NCBI RefSeq assembly: GCF_018350175.1
Contig: NC_058368.1
Coordinates: 208,756,001-208,820,000, forward strand
From: Felis catus
Lineage: Eukaryota
Length of the DNA stretch: 64,000 bases
Direction: 5' to 3'
Positions within the stretch are counted from its first letter, which is position 1. The number at the start of each line of letters is the position of its first letter. Below are positions 12,505-25,101 of the stretch, in pieces. The notes below the pieces were generated by a model. It had not been told where the DNA came from and made no database searches. It was given only the letters and a program-made list of their open reading frames with translations. The position numbers and the translations under genes are program-made.

Positions 12505-12816
12505 TGCTAACAGAATACCATAGAGTGGATAGATTATAAACAACAGAAATCTATTTCTTACAGTTCTGGAGACTGAGAAATTTAAAATCAAGGCCCTGGC
12601 AGATTCCTGTGTCATAGACAGCCATCCCCTCACTGTGTCCTCAGGAGCAAGGGAGCTCTCCCAGGGCTCTTTCATAAAGGCACTAATCCCTTTCATGATG
12701 GCTCCATGCTCATGACCTAATCACCTCCCAAATGCCCCACCTCCTAGTACCATTACATAGGAGGTCACGATTTCAACATATGAATTTTGGGCAGGGGGCA
12801 TAAACAGTCTACAGCA
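12505..12816 (-). mobile_element. MaLR LTR (MLT1A-like)
   Basis: acaacagaaatctatttcttacagttctggagactg...ctcatgacctaatcacctcccaaa...tttcaacatatgaattttggg. Confidence 0.85.
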
Positions 12817-13127
12817 AGTACCAATAATCAAGAAGGTGTAAATAAATTCAAATGACACATTTCTACAAATTTCATTTTTATCTAACTTCAGAATGAATAA
12901 TACAAGTTGACATTTAGGTTAGGGATTTTTTTGTTCTTTTCCTTTGCAGTTAATCTTTAGCATTTGTATTAGGAGGGAGTGGCAATTACAATATAATTAC
13001 GTCCCATATACCCAGACCAAGTGATGGTTGCAGATTTATACTTGATAAAAGAAAGAAGCCACTCTCAGATGGAAAGTATGCTGGATAAAAGAGTGGATAA
13101 TAGTAGATAACAGGGAGTTGGCTTATC

Positions 13128-13350
13128 ATGTGTGTGTGTCTCCATATATATCTGAGTATGTATATACATGTAGCAAATCAATGCAAATATTGTATATGTA
13201 CATATATGTATATATCTGAGTATACATTCATGTTTACTTTTAACGTGAGGTTGACATGTATATATTTCTATGTATATGGATGTGTGTGTGGGGACATATG
13301 TAACACATACAAGCACTGAATGATTCACATGTGTGATATATGTGCGTGTC
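13128..13350. repeat. Degenerate (TA)/(TG) low-complexity tract
   Basis: Alternating purine-pyrimidine runs. Confidence 0.8.
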
Positions 13351-15280
13351 CTTGTGAAGCTTCATCCTTACAAAAGAATCTGTCTCATGAGCCCTGTCTG
13401 TAGCTGGCATAAGGCCTTGTTTTAGGAAACATGTTTTCCATTTACATGGTTTATTATTCCCTGGTTGTTTCCTTCCTCCAGCAAGGAAATGCTGAACCTA
13501 CAGCTCCTTCCCTCCTCTCCACAGATCACCTGCACTTACTGGAAAAAGCCAAGTCCCTTCCACTTTTGCAGGGCCATGACTCACACCATCCTTCTCTGTA
13601 GACAGCCCAAAGCAGCCCTATCCTGGTCCTAGGTGACTATCTCTATCAGCCTCAAATCCTGCCTTCCGAGGGCCTTTTTCTGCCTAACTAGAGTGCAGAT
13701 TTTGGTGGTAAGTCTCACCCAGGCTGCCTCTATCAGACATGTAACATCTGGACCCAATAACACCTTATAATGAAGGACCTGCTGTAGCTGGGATCAAGTC
13801 ACATCCCCTCTGGTCATGGTGAAAGTCATTTGTCTCCCTGTGTTACAGAGTCTCTTAAGGAGGGCATGGATTTAAGCTCTATTATATAAATATGACCCTG
13901 CTGCCCTTGAGAAAATGTGGGAAATTCTCTACCTGGTAAAGGGTTTATGTCCCTATATATGCCCACTCTCCTGGTGCCACATTCCCTGGTTCTCCATCTC
14001 TCTTTAGACCTCTCTTGAGTATAGAATGTAGATCTTCTCCACCACCCCACTTTCTCAATTGCCCAGTCTCAACCCAGGGGCAACCCCCCCACCATGCCCA
14101 AGAGACCAATCATCCTGAATTCCCCTTAAACTGTCTTCATGCTCATCAAAAACATATTGATCTTCTGAGTTCCACATCTCTAGAGGTGATAGAAGATGAT
14201 GTTACTTGGTTCATTTAATTATCACCTGACGCATTTGCTAGCTAATGGGTTATCTCTTATCAAACAGAAGATCAAAAGAAGGTAAAATCAGAGGTGGAGT
14301 TCTAAGAATCCAATGCAGATTAAAAAGGAGTCACTGTGGGAGGAGTAAAATTTGGATCCTCTTATGCCATCCCATGTAAATAGTCACCAACTCTATACCC
14401 AGCAAAGCCAGGAAGAGGGATAGATGGTCACCAGAAAGCACTTCTCCAAAAAGAGTAGGTTAACCATTCCTGGTCCTTAACCTCCAACCCCTGACCTCTC
14501 TTAGAGCCACACATGGAGCCTTTCTCAGCTCCCACATGGAGGGTGGGCTCCTTCACCCTGCGGTAGGGGAGTCCAGCAGACAAACAGCACTCCCGGGGCC
14601 AGGAAGCCTCCGTGTGCTTCCCCAAGGGCACCACGGAAGAGCTGGAATACATGGAACTGGGAGGCCAGGCAATCAAAAACACTTTTGGCAGGAATACAAG
14701 GGCCATCAAGAAGCTAATTTAGATTCTTGCCTGGCTGCCTTGGGTCTGGAAGGAACAGAGAGAGAACAAGAAAATTATGTAGTGAATTGTCAGAAGGCAA
14801 GAAAGACCCAAGGCCTTGGTCTTAATCATGCTCCATGTGAAGTTCTGGCATGGTGCGTGCACGAAACCTGCCAAACCTTGAGTAATGGGAAGAAACGAGG
14901 GAGGAAAGAGAGGGAGGGCTGAGAGGGACTGGTGGGGAGAGGGAAGTCAGGCTGTGTCTAGGTGGTGCCGAACATCTGGGTAAACTGTAAAATGTTTAAG
15001 CCAACAGCCAGCCATTTTGTCTATAGAACAACAAACATCGAATCTGAAAATGCTTAGGTCACATCACTTTAATTTTGTTTAATTTTATTTTTCATTGTTT
15101 GTGCAGATGTTTGAAAGTTTCATGAGGGCATAACCAAGGCTTATTTTCAGGTATCCCCACCTTCCAGTACTTAGTACATTTCTAGTAGCTGGTAGCTACT
15201 CTACATATATTTTAAAAAGGGAAAGTGGGAAGGAGGAAGGGAGGAAGCCATGTACAGGACTACCCCCAAATCCTTAATAA

Positions 15281-15345
15281 CAGGATAACCATATCATTTT
15301 ATTGCCCAAACTGGGACAACTTAGAGAGTAACAGAGGGTGCTAAT
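15281..15345 (+). mobile_element. hAT-Blackjack MITE fragment (MER94-like)
   Basis: caggataaccatatcattttattgcccaaactgggaca...gagagt...gggtgcta. Confidence 0.6.
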
Positions 15346-15459
15346 ACTGGCCCAAGCTAATAGCCACCCTACTCAATGGCCAGTTACATATGAAAGAATA
15401 AGGCATTAAAAAGGATCTGCCTTTGTTATTTTCCAAAAACTATTATTTAAACAGGCTTG

Positions 15460-15910
15460 GAGAACACAAGAAATAGCAAGAAGACCAATGCGACTGGAAC
15501 AGAGAGAGTGTGGGGAAATGAGGCAGGAGCAGTCAGGAACTTGAACTTCTTTCCAGGTGTGATGAGGTGCCATTGGCATGGGGATGGGTGAGTTACCTGG
15601 GTGAGTGACAAGATCTGATTTATCTTTTAAAAGATCTATCTGGCTGCAGTATGGAGAATGAATTGTCAGGGACAAGGGTAGCATCAGGCCACTGATGTTG
15701 TCCAAGTGAGAGGACTGTGGCTTGAGCCAGGAATGGTGGTTGCAGACAAGGTGGAAAAAAAGGGGACAGTTTCAACTGGTTTAAGTTCAACTGGACAAGT
15801 TTCAACTGGTTTGAGTTGCTGGTAGGATGGACATAGGAGGTAAGTTAAGAGAGGCATCAAGGATGACTGTTAGGTTCAAAGGCTGAACCACCAGCTGGGT
15901 AGCTGGTGCT
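15460..15910 (-). mobile_element. L2 fragment
   Basis: gagtgacaagatctgatttatcttttaaaagatctatctggctgcagtatggagaatg; gcatcaaggatgact. Confidence 0.8.
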
Positions 15911-15959
15911 GTCCTTTATATACCCATGGACCCAGGGAGGTCATAGCCTTCACTGATGT

Positions 15960-16195
15960 CCCTCTAAAAAAGCCACCCCAAAATCCTCCGCTATTCCCAG
16001 TCTCTTATCCCTGTTTACCTCCCTCATGGCTCTTATCACCATCTGTAATTTTTCTACTTATGGGCTTATTTAGCTAATGACTTGTGTCTCCCACCAGATT
16101 GTTAGTCCTGTGAGGGCAGGGACTTTGCCTTATTTACCAATATGCCTAGCATAGGGCCTACCATCTAATACATGATCAATAAATATCTGCTGAAA
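15960..16195 (+). mobile_element. L2 3' end
   Basis: tgtctccc...gtgagggcagggactttg...tcaataaatatctgctgaa. Confidence 0.75.
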
Positions 16196-16269
16196 GGAGA
16201 ACCAAGATAGATTTTTAAATATACTAAACTTGAGCTTTAGGACATGTTCTGGGACCAGGGAGCTGCAGA

Positions 16270-16372
16270 ACCCCAGACAGGCCTTTGGGCCTCTGGTTCT
16301 CGGCTCTCATCATTACAATGACAGATTTAGATGAGGTGTTCACCAAAGTCCCTTCCAGCTCAAACATTCCAG
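16270..16372 (+). mobile_element. MIR3/MIRc fragment
   Basis: tagatga...aaagtcccttccagctc...attcc. Confidence 0.55.
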
Positions 16373-17166
16373 GACCGCGATTGTGTGTCCCTTGATGTTC
16401 CCAGATAAGCTAGAATCAGCAAAACCAGAAAGTGGTAACTGCAGCTCTCTGAGCCAAAAAAACACTTTGACGGAGAGCTTGGCGGGGAGGTTTTCCCTAG
16501 CCCAAGCCCTCACACCAGTAAGTGAAGATACAGCAACATCGAAGGGAAGCAGCAGGTAGAGCAGGGGGCCCGCTCCTTAGGGGTCTTTAAGGAAGAAAGT
16601 AGCATGCCAACCCCATGACCAGCACCGCCATGTATCAGATGTCCCCATTTTTCCAAGGCCATAGGATGGAGTCCTACCATTCTGGGAGTCAGTGTCCACT
16701 TTTTTTTTCATGTCTGTTCAAAGTTTGATGTGTGGTTTACATGCAATAAGTCAGATCATTTTGTACTAAAAACGATGAAGCCTGCTATCCCCTGACAGTT
16801 TATTGCATGATATTTTCTCCTTTCTCCTTCCTTCTTCCAGCTCCATGTCCAAGAGAGAACTTCAGAATGAGCCCTGTGAAGGCTGATACTCTGCCAACAG
16901 CTCTGTGATCTCTGATCTTCCTGATTCCACGTTTGGCATTTCCCGAGCCCAATAGCTACAATGACCTTTCCTCCCTCCTTGCCGGCAGGAAAGAGAGAGC
17001 ACGGAGAAAGGCAACTGACAGATAACTTGAAACCCCATGTCAGTTATTCATTAAAACCTCCTGATCTGCTAACAAGAACCAGAACTCATCCTAAGAATGT
17101 TTCAAAACCCCTGCATTAAGCTGGGTTGGTGTAGAGTTGCAACACTCTCCATTGCATCTCCACACG

Positions 17167-17244
17167 ACCATGCCTCATGCCAATGGTTGTTTAGCCCACG
17201 CCCACAACCATGCCTCATGCCAATGGTTGGTTAGCCCACGCCCA
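17167..17244. repeat. 40-bp-period tandem duplication (2 copies, 1 mismatch)
   Basis: accatgcctcatgccaatggttg(t/g)ttagcccacgccca occurs twice. Confidence 0.95.
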
Positions 17245-18009
17245 AAGGAAACCTCCTGAAAACCAGGCCAGAGGCAAGAGTCCTCAGTTCGACTAGCACA
17301 GCCCAGATGTACTACTGGTGGATCCACTATGTCTCTCCAAACCTGGTATCCCAAGCCCCATCCCATGTCCAAACACGAAGACTCCTCTGCTGCTCCACCT
17401 TTGTCACTGTACTGGACCTTTGGCCACCAGTCTCTGGCCTTATTCTGCCCATGCCCCTTACCATACATGAGCCCACATCTGCTGTGGGAACACGGACACT
17501 AGTTTCCTCTGGAGTTAAAGAGCCACCGCACAAACTTTCACAAATTTACCAGGTCCCCCTATTTTGCATTTTTCTCCACCTGCCCAATTTACAACTAGAA
17601 GCCTGTCTCAGGTGCTCTCTTGACCGTCCCTAGGCTCAGCTGAGTCTAGAGTCTCCTGTCATGGAACTCCTGTTCCGAGGTTCCATTGGAAGCATGGTGA
17701 GCAGTCACACTGGTGATTGTTTTCTGTTTCTCTGCATATTCTCTTGTTGATTCTGCTGCTTCTAAATCTTTTGTTAAAGAGAGACTTGGCCAGGCCCTCA
17801 AAATTACTCAGGTTTTGCCCAATTTGAAGAAAAATTAACATACCTATTAGCAACTTCTAATGCAACCGCTGAGTGCATAGATGCCTTCTGGGTCTGATGT
17901 GAACTACTACCAACTCACCTGTGACAGGGCCTGGTTACATCTGTCTGTAATAACAGATTACTGCCCTTTCTGCTGTACAGTTCTTCTCCATAGAAGTTTA
18001 CTCAAATAG

Positions 18010-18500
18010 AAGACTGATCATGTCATATATGTGCTCAAAATCCTGCAACTCTTCTCCCATTTATCTCAGGATAAAAGCCAAAGTCTTCCCAATGGTTTGG
18101 AGTTCCTTCAAAATTGGAGGTGTATCCAACAGTTTCTCAAACAACGAGGCATGCACCTGCCTCAGGATCTTTGCATTGGCTTGTCCTCTGCCTGAAAGAG
18201 TTTCTCCCAGATAACATGGTTCATTCCTTCTACTCCATCAAATCTTTGTTCAAATGGCTTATGCAGACCAATCCATTCATAATTTCAACTTTCCTCCGGT
18301 CATCCAATCCCCTTTCCCTGTTTTCCTAAATCATATTCTAACATACTATCTAACCTACTTATCTAGTATGCTATTCTTTATTTCTGTCTCATCTACTAAA
18401 ATTTAAGCTCCAAGAGGGCAGGAATTGTTGTCTATCCTGTTCAGCAATGAACCAACCCTCCAAGCCTAGAACAGCGCCTGACATATATTATGGAATGGAT
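18010..18500 (+). mobile_element. L2 3' fragment
   Basis: gatcatgtca...ctcaaaatcct, cctcaggatctttgca, taagctccaagagggcagga. Confidence 0.85.
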
Positions 18501-18529
18501 GAGGTGATTAATAAGAAGTTCATCAGTGG

Positions 18530-18710
18530 TCTTACTGCTGAGTTCAAATCTCAGATTCAACTTCTATGAGCTGTGTGACTTTGAACAAGTTTCTTAACTT
18601 TTTTATGCCTCAATTTATCCATCTGTAAAAATGGGGGCAGGGGGGAGTAACTGCAATTACTTTGCAGGACTTTTGATGAGAAAATTCATATCACACTGCA
18701 CTCAGAACAC
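18530..18710 (+). mobile_element. MIR
   Basis: gagttcaaatctcag...agctgtgtgactttgaacaagtt...catctgtaaaaatggg. Confidence 0.85.
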
Positions 18711-19954
18711 AGAAAGAACCCTGTGGATTGTATCTATTATCTTCAGCCTTGGTGGGTAAACTAGACTTTTGAAAATAACCAAAAAGCCACTGGAACTAAA
18801 GCACGGTAAATAAAGTAATAGTATCTCTACTCAAAAAGTGGGAAGATAATGCAATATGCGTGATTCTCTTTTGTGGTTCATAAACCAGCTCCACAAAATA
18901 ATTCTGGGATAAGAAAAAAAAAGCAACACTCATGTTTTAAGCAATGGTACTTCCTATGTGACCACTTGGGAGGGCAACACTTGGCTTCATACATTATGAC
19001 ATATTTGCTAATTCCATGGAGTCCCAACGATAGAAATAATAGAAATAGAAATAGTAGAAATAGCAGTCCTTAGAGGTCCCCTGCTATACCTCCCGCTTCA
19101 CTGATTCACTTTATGTTGCTTTTCTGCCAAGGAGAGCCAACTGTGCTGAGTATGTGGGTCAAGAACCTCTGGGGAGAGAGTGCCGAAGAGGCTTTATAGA
19201 GAGGATGTCACAGAAAGTGATACCCCGAACCAGGCCGAGAAGTAACCTGAGCGTCATGAAGGTCTAGAAACTCAATCTGGGGAAGAGTGAGTAGAGACGG
19301 AACAGCTCATTTGCAGAATAGACTTTGTGGGGCCCAGAGGAGAGGGGAGGAGGGGCAGACTCACCCCCAAGTGGGCTGACCACCGGCCAGGCTGTTACAG
19401 CTCTATGGCCTTCCTCCTCTCTCCCTTCTTCTGGCACCTCAGGAAAGAGGGAGTGAGGACAGAAGGCAGGTCAGGGCGGCACACTCAACCCTGCCACCTG
19501 AGAAGAGGCAAAGCATAGGGCCTTTCCATTCCCATGGCTCCCACTGTCCTTGTCCAGGGCCAAGCATTGTCTTCAAATTGTATTAGAGACTATCCCTCCT
19601 CATTTTCCAGAGGAAGGAGCTGAGCCCCAGAGAGAAAGCAATGGGGCTGACAGACACAATTGGTGGTCCACCTGGATCCCTTCAAAGGGATCACCCCAAA
19701 GGTCACCTGCAGACAGGTCTACCTGGCCATGACTTCCCGCCTCTCCCTGCCTAAGGATGTCCTCTGGCTTCAGGAGCATGCTCAACCCACAGGCAGATGG
19801 GCCAGACATGCCAGGGAGTTATTACCCCAGAACGATCCTCAACCTACTAGGGAGACTAACTTCAGAAGCATGCCACACTGTCTTAGAGGGTGATTTTCAG
19901 ATCCCAAGTTTTAAAATAAGGGAACATGCTTTCATATTTAAAAGAGAAGAACTA

Positions 19955-20439
19955 AAGGGGAGGTTTGAGCCATTTTTGTTCCCCTGGACTCCTTCAGCTA
20001 TTTGGTGAAGACTGTGGACCTCTTCTCAGGATAATTATTCTTAAGGCACAGAATATATAAGGACTATAAAGGACACTAAGTATGTTGAAGACAATCATCA
20101 AAACAACTTAAAAGCAATTTTGTGACATCATAACACAGACTTATTTTAGAGTAAGACCTAAAAGAACAGCTCATAACTACCATATTTTTAAATGAGTGAT
20201 GAGCATTAATAGTTTCTGTAACAACTGTTATATGGTATGAGAATAGGTATAATTTTTGTTGACAAAATCACAGTCATCGCTGATACTGCTGTGGTGGGTT
20301 GCCCACCGTTGTAATAGAAGGAAAGAGTAAAATGCAGTTATAAGTTAGAGAATAAAGATGTGATTTCCCAAAGTTGACAGACTCCTGAATTTTCTACATG
20401 CACTTTCTGGGCATCTATGGACCCCAGAGAGAACCCCTG
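19955..20439 (+). mobile_element. hAT-Charlie element (MER119-like)
   Basis: ctggactccttcagctatttggtgaagactgtggacctcttctcagga; ends ctatggaccccag...agaacccctg. Confidence 0.7.
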
Positions 20440-20855
20440 TGCTTTATGTGAGACTTGCTAATTGGTGGCTCAAAATTGGATCAGTGGCCTCTTGAGCTTG
20501 CATTCCCTTCCTGAACAATTCAGTCCGAGAGCCATTAGTTGGGGGCAAAGCAAGGTAATAGTTCCGTGGTGGGCGTGGAGAAAGCCACAGTGGCTCAGAG
20601 TAGGGTATCAGAGTTTCAACAGAGTGGGGAGGGCGACCCTGCTAGGAGGGTACGGCAGCAGATTTGGGAGACTGGTGGTATACCAGGAAATTGATCAAAT
20701 GAATAAATACATATATAATGAAAGCAAGGTTCCCCACTGTTGGAAAAGTTATACAGAAAGGGGGAAGGCAGGCATGAGCCCTGGTGTTGGGTTACAAATG
20801 GAGACATCTGTGTGAACTCAGTTCAAAAGATGGAGATGTTATTATGTGTTACACC

Positions 20856-20857
<2 letters not shown>

Positions 20858-20895
<38 letters not shown>
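20858..20895. repeat. (CA)n microsatellite
   Basis: Perfect dinucleotide run. Confidence 0.95.
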
Positions 20896-20898
<3 letters not shown>

Positions 20899-21859
20899 CT
20901 CTGGCCATTGAGGAGGTCTGGGAGCAACAATCCCCCAAGAACAAGGAGTATATTTAGCACTCAGACATTGGCTTCTAAATAACATTTTCTACTAAAAGAG
21001 ACCAGGGTTCCTTGGAGAAATGGCTGATTCCAGGGCTGGAGCACAGAAAGTACAGGTGACCCTAGAACATCTTATTGTGCCAGAAAGCCAGGGATCACTC
21101 AAAGAATGATAGGGTTCTGTGAAAGGAATACAGAATCCCGCTTGAATGCGATCCCACTGGCCAAACCAGGGACAATCTGAGCATCAAAATAAATAAGAAT
21201 TAAAATTCATTCAATATAATGGGAAACCATGAGTCTGTACAGATGTAAATAAACACATGAATCAACTGAATGTCTGATAAGGAATGAGATGTTTATACAG
21301 TTTCAAACTACCTTCCCACAAAATATGTATCAATTACACAGGGGAAGAGAGGAAGTTTACAGTGGGACCTAGAAGACACCAACTTAACTAAGTGATCAAA
21401 GGTAACAACACCAGTAAGAGCATAAAGACACCTCTGTGCCACTTGATAAGAGGCAATGAGGAAACCTCAGACAAATCTAAACTGAGGGATGTGCTACAAA
21501 ATAATTGGCCTACAAATTTCCAAGTGTCAAGGTGATAAAAATCAAGGTAGGTTCCAGACTGAAGAAGGCCTAAGGGATGACAACGAAATCCAGTACAGGA
21601 CTCTGAACCATATCCTGTTGCCATAAGGATGTTATTTGGATAACTGGAAAACACTGAATAGGCTATGAGGTTAGATGATAGCAAAGTATCAATGTAAATT
21701 TCCTAATTTTATTGGTTATATTGTAGCTACATAGGAAAATGTCCTTTTCTTTGCAGGAAACACCCTCTAAAAGATTCTAGGGTAAAAGTATGCAGCTTGG
21801 AAATTTACTCTCAAGGGTTTGGGGTGCGGGAAGTTCTTTACAGTGATCTTCCTGGGTTT

Positions 21860-21860
21860 G

Positions 21861-21901
<41 letters not shown>

Positions 21902-22056
21902 CAGAAAGGGGCAGAGGGAGACAGAGAGAGAATCTCAAGCAGGCCCCATGCTCAGTGTGGAGCCTGACACAGGGCTTGATCCCACAACCCGAGGATCGTG
22001 ACCTGAGTCAAAATCAAGAGCTGAATGTTCAATCAATTGAGCCACCCAGGCACTCC
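21860..22056 (-). mobile_element. Feline CanSINE lacking a normal A-tail, flanked by a ~63-bp duplication
   Basis: (GA)n, caggccccatgctcagtgtggagcc, gagccacccaggcactcc. Confidence 0.93.
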
Positions 22057-22827
22057 AACAGGTTGGAAATTTACTCTCAAAGGTTCGGGGTTCAGGAAGT
22101 TCTTTATAATGATCTTCCAGGGTTTTTTTTAAAGTTCGGGATTGTTTCACAATTTAATAAGAGGGGAAAAGGCTGATTCTGTGATCTATATAGTCCATCA
22201 CTTACATGTAGCCAATATGAGGAAATAAAAATAAGTAAAGAAGATTGGGGAGCAAGGATTTCTTTGAAGAGGGGTGTGACCTTGTATTTAAAGAATCCTG
22301 TTCATTTCAGTTGGGTGACATGGAGAGCCATTCCCACCTCCGCTCTTAAAGGGTATCTGCCTGAAAGAGAGATTAACAATTTGCCCCTCAGCGTGATGCT
22401 TGTGAAGCTGCAGAAACTCAGAGCTCTTAGCACTGCAACCAAAGCAGAGTATGAAAAGGTTTGGGCACAGCCTGCCCTTCCACAGTTGGGTGAGCAGAAA
22501 ATAGAAACTATCTCCCGGAGCAGCAGACATCATGGAGGACAGCTATACTTGAGCCACCTTAAAAAAATTCAACTCCAAAGGCAAAGTGATCCCAGCAGCA
22601 AAAAGCTTAAGGGAGGGGAACCATGGTGGTCAGCAGGAAGGTGAGCCACAAGCCAGGGAACAATGCAGTGGGCAGTACCTGACACCCTTGTAGGGAAAGG
22701 GGTCCTAAAATCTACAAAGCTCCCCAAGAGAAAAAGCCACCATTTGGGTATCCGATACCCAGAGGCCATCAACCCCAGAATACAACTGCACTAATATCAG
22801 ACTAAAAGTACAAAGAACTAGCAGCAG

Positions 22828-22895
22828 CAAAAAAAAAAAAAAAAAAAAAAAAAAGAGAGAGAGAGAGAGTGAGAGGGAGAGAGAGAGACAGAGAG
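22828..22895. repeat. Poly(A) followed by a (GA)n tract
   Basis: Seen directly in the sequence. Confidence 0.9.
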
Positions 22896-23615
22896 AAATT
22901 AAGAACAAGAAAAAGAAATCACAGAACAAAGGTCACTCCACCCTTTCACCTTTCCAGTGCAAGTTCCCAAGAATGGATCAGGCCTAGAGTTGGAAGAAAC
23001 TTGAAATTTTGATTTGCATTATAATTTTTTAATACCAGAGAGCAAAACTAAAATGCCTGAAAGTGACCAAACATCTATGAAATCTTCCAGGGATAGGGAA
23101 GGAAAGGCCAAAAGAAACTGTCTGAAAAGCAATGGTGGACAAGAATAATGTAACTCTCTGCTTCTTCCCACTGAGTCCAGCTCATGCAATCTGCTGGTTA
23201 CACATGCGTTATCCTGTGTATTCCTCACAACACCCCAGAAAGGTGGCCTTGACTGAAAGGGACCTGAACGCAGGCTCATCAGTACCAAGTCATGGTACCC
23301 AGTGTGCCAGCCTCCCCGGGGGAACAGGGCGGTGCTTTGCACCACAATGTCATACATGGGTAATGAGTGAGCAGACACCAACACCGAAGCAGAAACCAAT
23401 GGAGGAAATGCAAAAAACAGTCACAGGGAATTTGTTTTGCTGTGTAGTAGCTTCCTAGGAAAACCACAGCTACAGGAAATATTAGCAATCAGGGATGGGT
23501 GGTTCTTACAGCACAGAAACATTGACAGAAATGCTTTGTGAAAGCTACAAGCCCAACAAAGAAAACGTCCACATCAGGGATGTTCACGAACCAAGCTCCA
23601 ATTTATTCATCATTG

Positions 23616-23768
23616 TAGTGATTCTTAACATTGCTTATACATTAGAATCACCTGGGAGTTTTTTTTAAATCCTGATACCTGGGTCCTAACCTCAGGGATT
23701 CTAGCATTGGGATTTTTATGTTAAGGTCCCTGGATGATTCTAATGTGCAGCCCAGGTTGAAAACCATA
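23616..23768. mobile_element. MER5-family MITE
   Basis: cattagaatcacctgggag...gatgattctaatgtgcagcccaggttgaaaacca. Confidence 0.8.
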
Positions 23769-24025
23769 GCAATAGATTTTGTTGCTGAAGTTTGGAAAAA
23801 AGAAAAAAAGAAAAAATGTTGTATCTCCATTACAAATATCAACTCCAGAAAGGTTTCACTGAGCATGACTCTCAACCCTGAAAAGTAATTTGTTTGAAAT
23901 ATAAACATCCTAATGAACATTCAGGCATAGCTTCATTTGCTAGGCCTAAGTATAGATACAGAGACAGATATATATCCATTTTCCTGGTGCTAGTGGTAAA
24001 ATATGTATTTAAAAGTGTTTTTCCT

Positions 24026-24213
24026 AAAAAGAGGTTAGAGTGGAAGAGAGCCAAAGCATAAGAGACTCTTAAAAACTGAGAACAAACTGAGGGTTGATGG
24101 GGGGTGGGAGGGAGGGGAGGGTGGGTGATGGGTACTGCGAGGGCACCTTTTGGGATGAGTACTGGGTGTTGTATGGAAACCAATTTGACAATAAACTTCA
24201 TATATTGAAAAAA
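24026..24213 (+). mobile_element. Young felid LINE-1 3' end (5'-truncated) with perfect 15-bp TSD
   Basis: cataagagactcttaaaaactgagaacaaactgagggttgatgggggg...ggaaaccaatttgacaataaa; TSD aaaagtgtttttcct at 24011-24025 and 24214-24228. Confidence 0.95.
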
Positions 24214-24679
24214 AAAAGTGTTTTTCCTGTGTTTGGAGGAGATGCTCACCAGTTCATCTTATCCACACTTACTGATTTGGTCCTTCTTACAAAGAAGGAC
24301 ACATTTACACTGTAGCTGTATGACATTACGTGTGCAAAAAGTCACAGAAAAGAAGAAAGCCTTTGGGCCCGCCAAGGGACTGAACTGGAGGCACAGGGAA
24401 TTGGGGGGGGGGGGGGGGGGGGGCTCTGTTTAATGAAAATTGTTCTGGAGCCAGGTGAACCCCCACACCACTGCATTTCCATCCACCCACGGACACTAGT
24501 GTTTCAATAAAAGCACTTAACGTTATTTAACTCCACGGTCACTTTCAACTTTCATACCCTGTTCTCAGATTATTTTTAATATTTCTCCGTTACTCACATT
24601 AAAAGAAAAGATCCAGCTCCACTGATCCCCATTCCTTCACTCAGTTCCTTATTGCTTTAATTTTCGGGCAGAGCTTTGA

Positions 24680-25101
24680 CACAGGCCAAAACTTAAACAG
24701 AAGCCCTCAAGGGCTTGCTCGGCTGTGATTGGAGGACATCCCCGGGGTAGCCCATTGGAGGAGGAGAAGCACGTGACCGATAACAGCCTCCTTCCCCCCC
24801 CCCCCCCCCCCCCCAATAAACACACACACATCCGCTCCAGGCCAACAACCAATCAACTGTCAGTCTTTTATATGCGTGAACTTGGCTGAGACCGGAAGAA
24901 TCTCGTGGCTGAGTCCATCTTAGATCACCACCCGGTGAGCGTATGCTATTAGTGCGCCCAAGGAAGACCAGAACTGCCCGGACAAGCCTAGCCTGAACTG
25001 CCATCCTGCAAATGTATAGGCTTAATCAAGACCAACTCTTTTCTTTTCGGTCACTGAGTTTTGGGTGGTTTGTTACATTACTGTGGCAAAAGAGATGATC
25101 C
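24680..25101 (+). mobile_element. MaLR LTR (MLT1F/G/H-like)
   Basis: ccatcttagatca, gaactgccc...agcctagcctgaactgcc, cactgagttttgggtggtttgttaca. Confidence 0.65.

Larger units (their letters stand above)
20640..22160 (+). mobile_element. L1MC3/4-like 3' UTR containing a (CA)n tract and a SINE
   Basis: ccagggttccttggagaaatggctgattccagggctgg; aaactgagggatgtgctacaaaataattggcc. Confidence 0.8.

Noticed and set aside
16813..16960. Strong + strand splice-acceptor-like pyrimidine tract ending at 16840
   Set aside because: All three frames stop shortly downstream and I found no clear donor.
22264..23458. Several ORFs of 108-126 aa in non-repeat sequence
   Set aside because: They overlap on both strands and show no recognisable homology.
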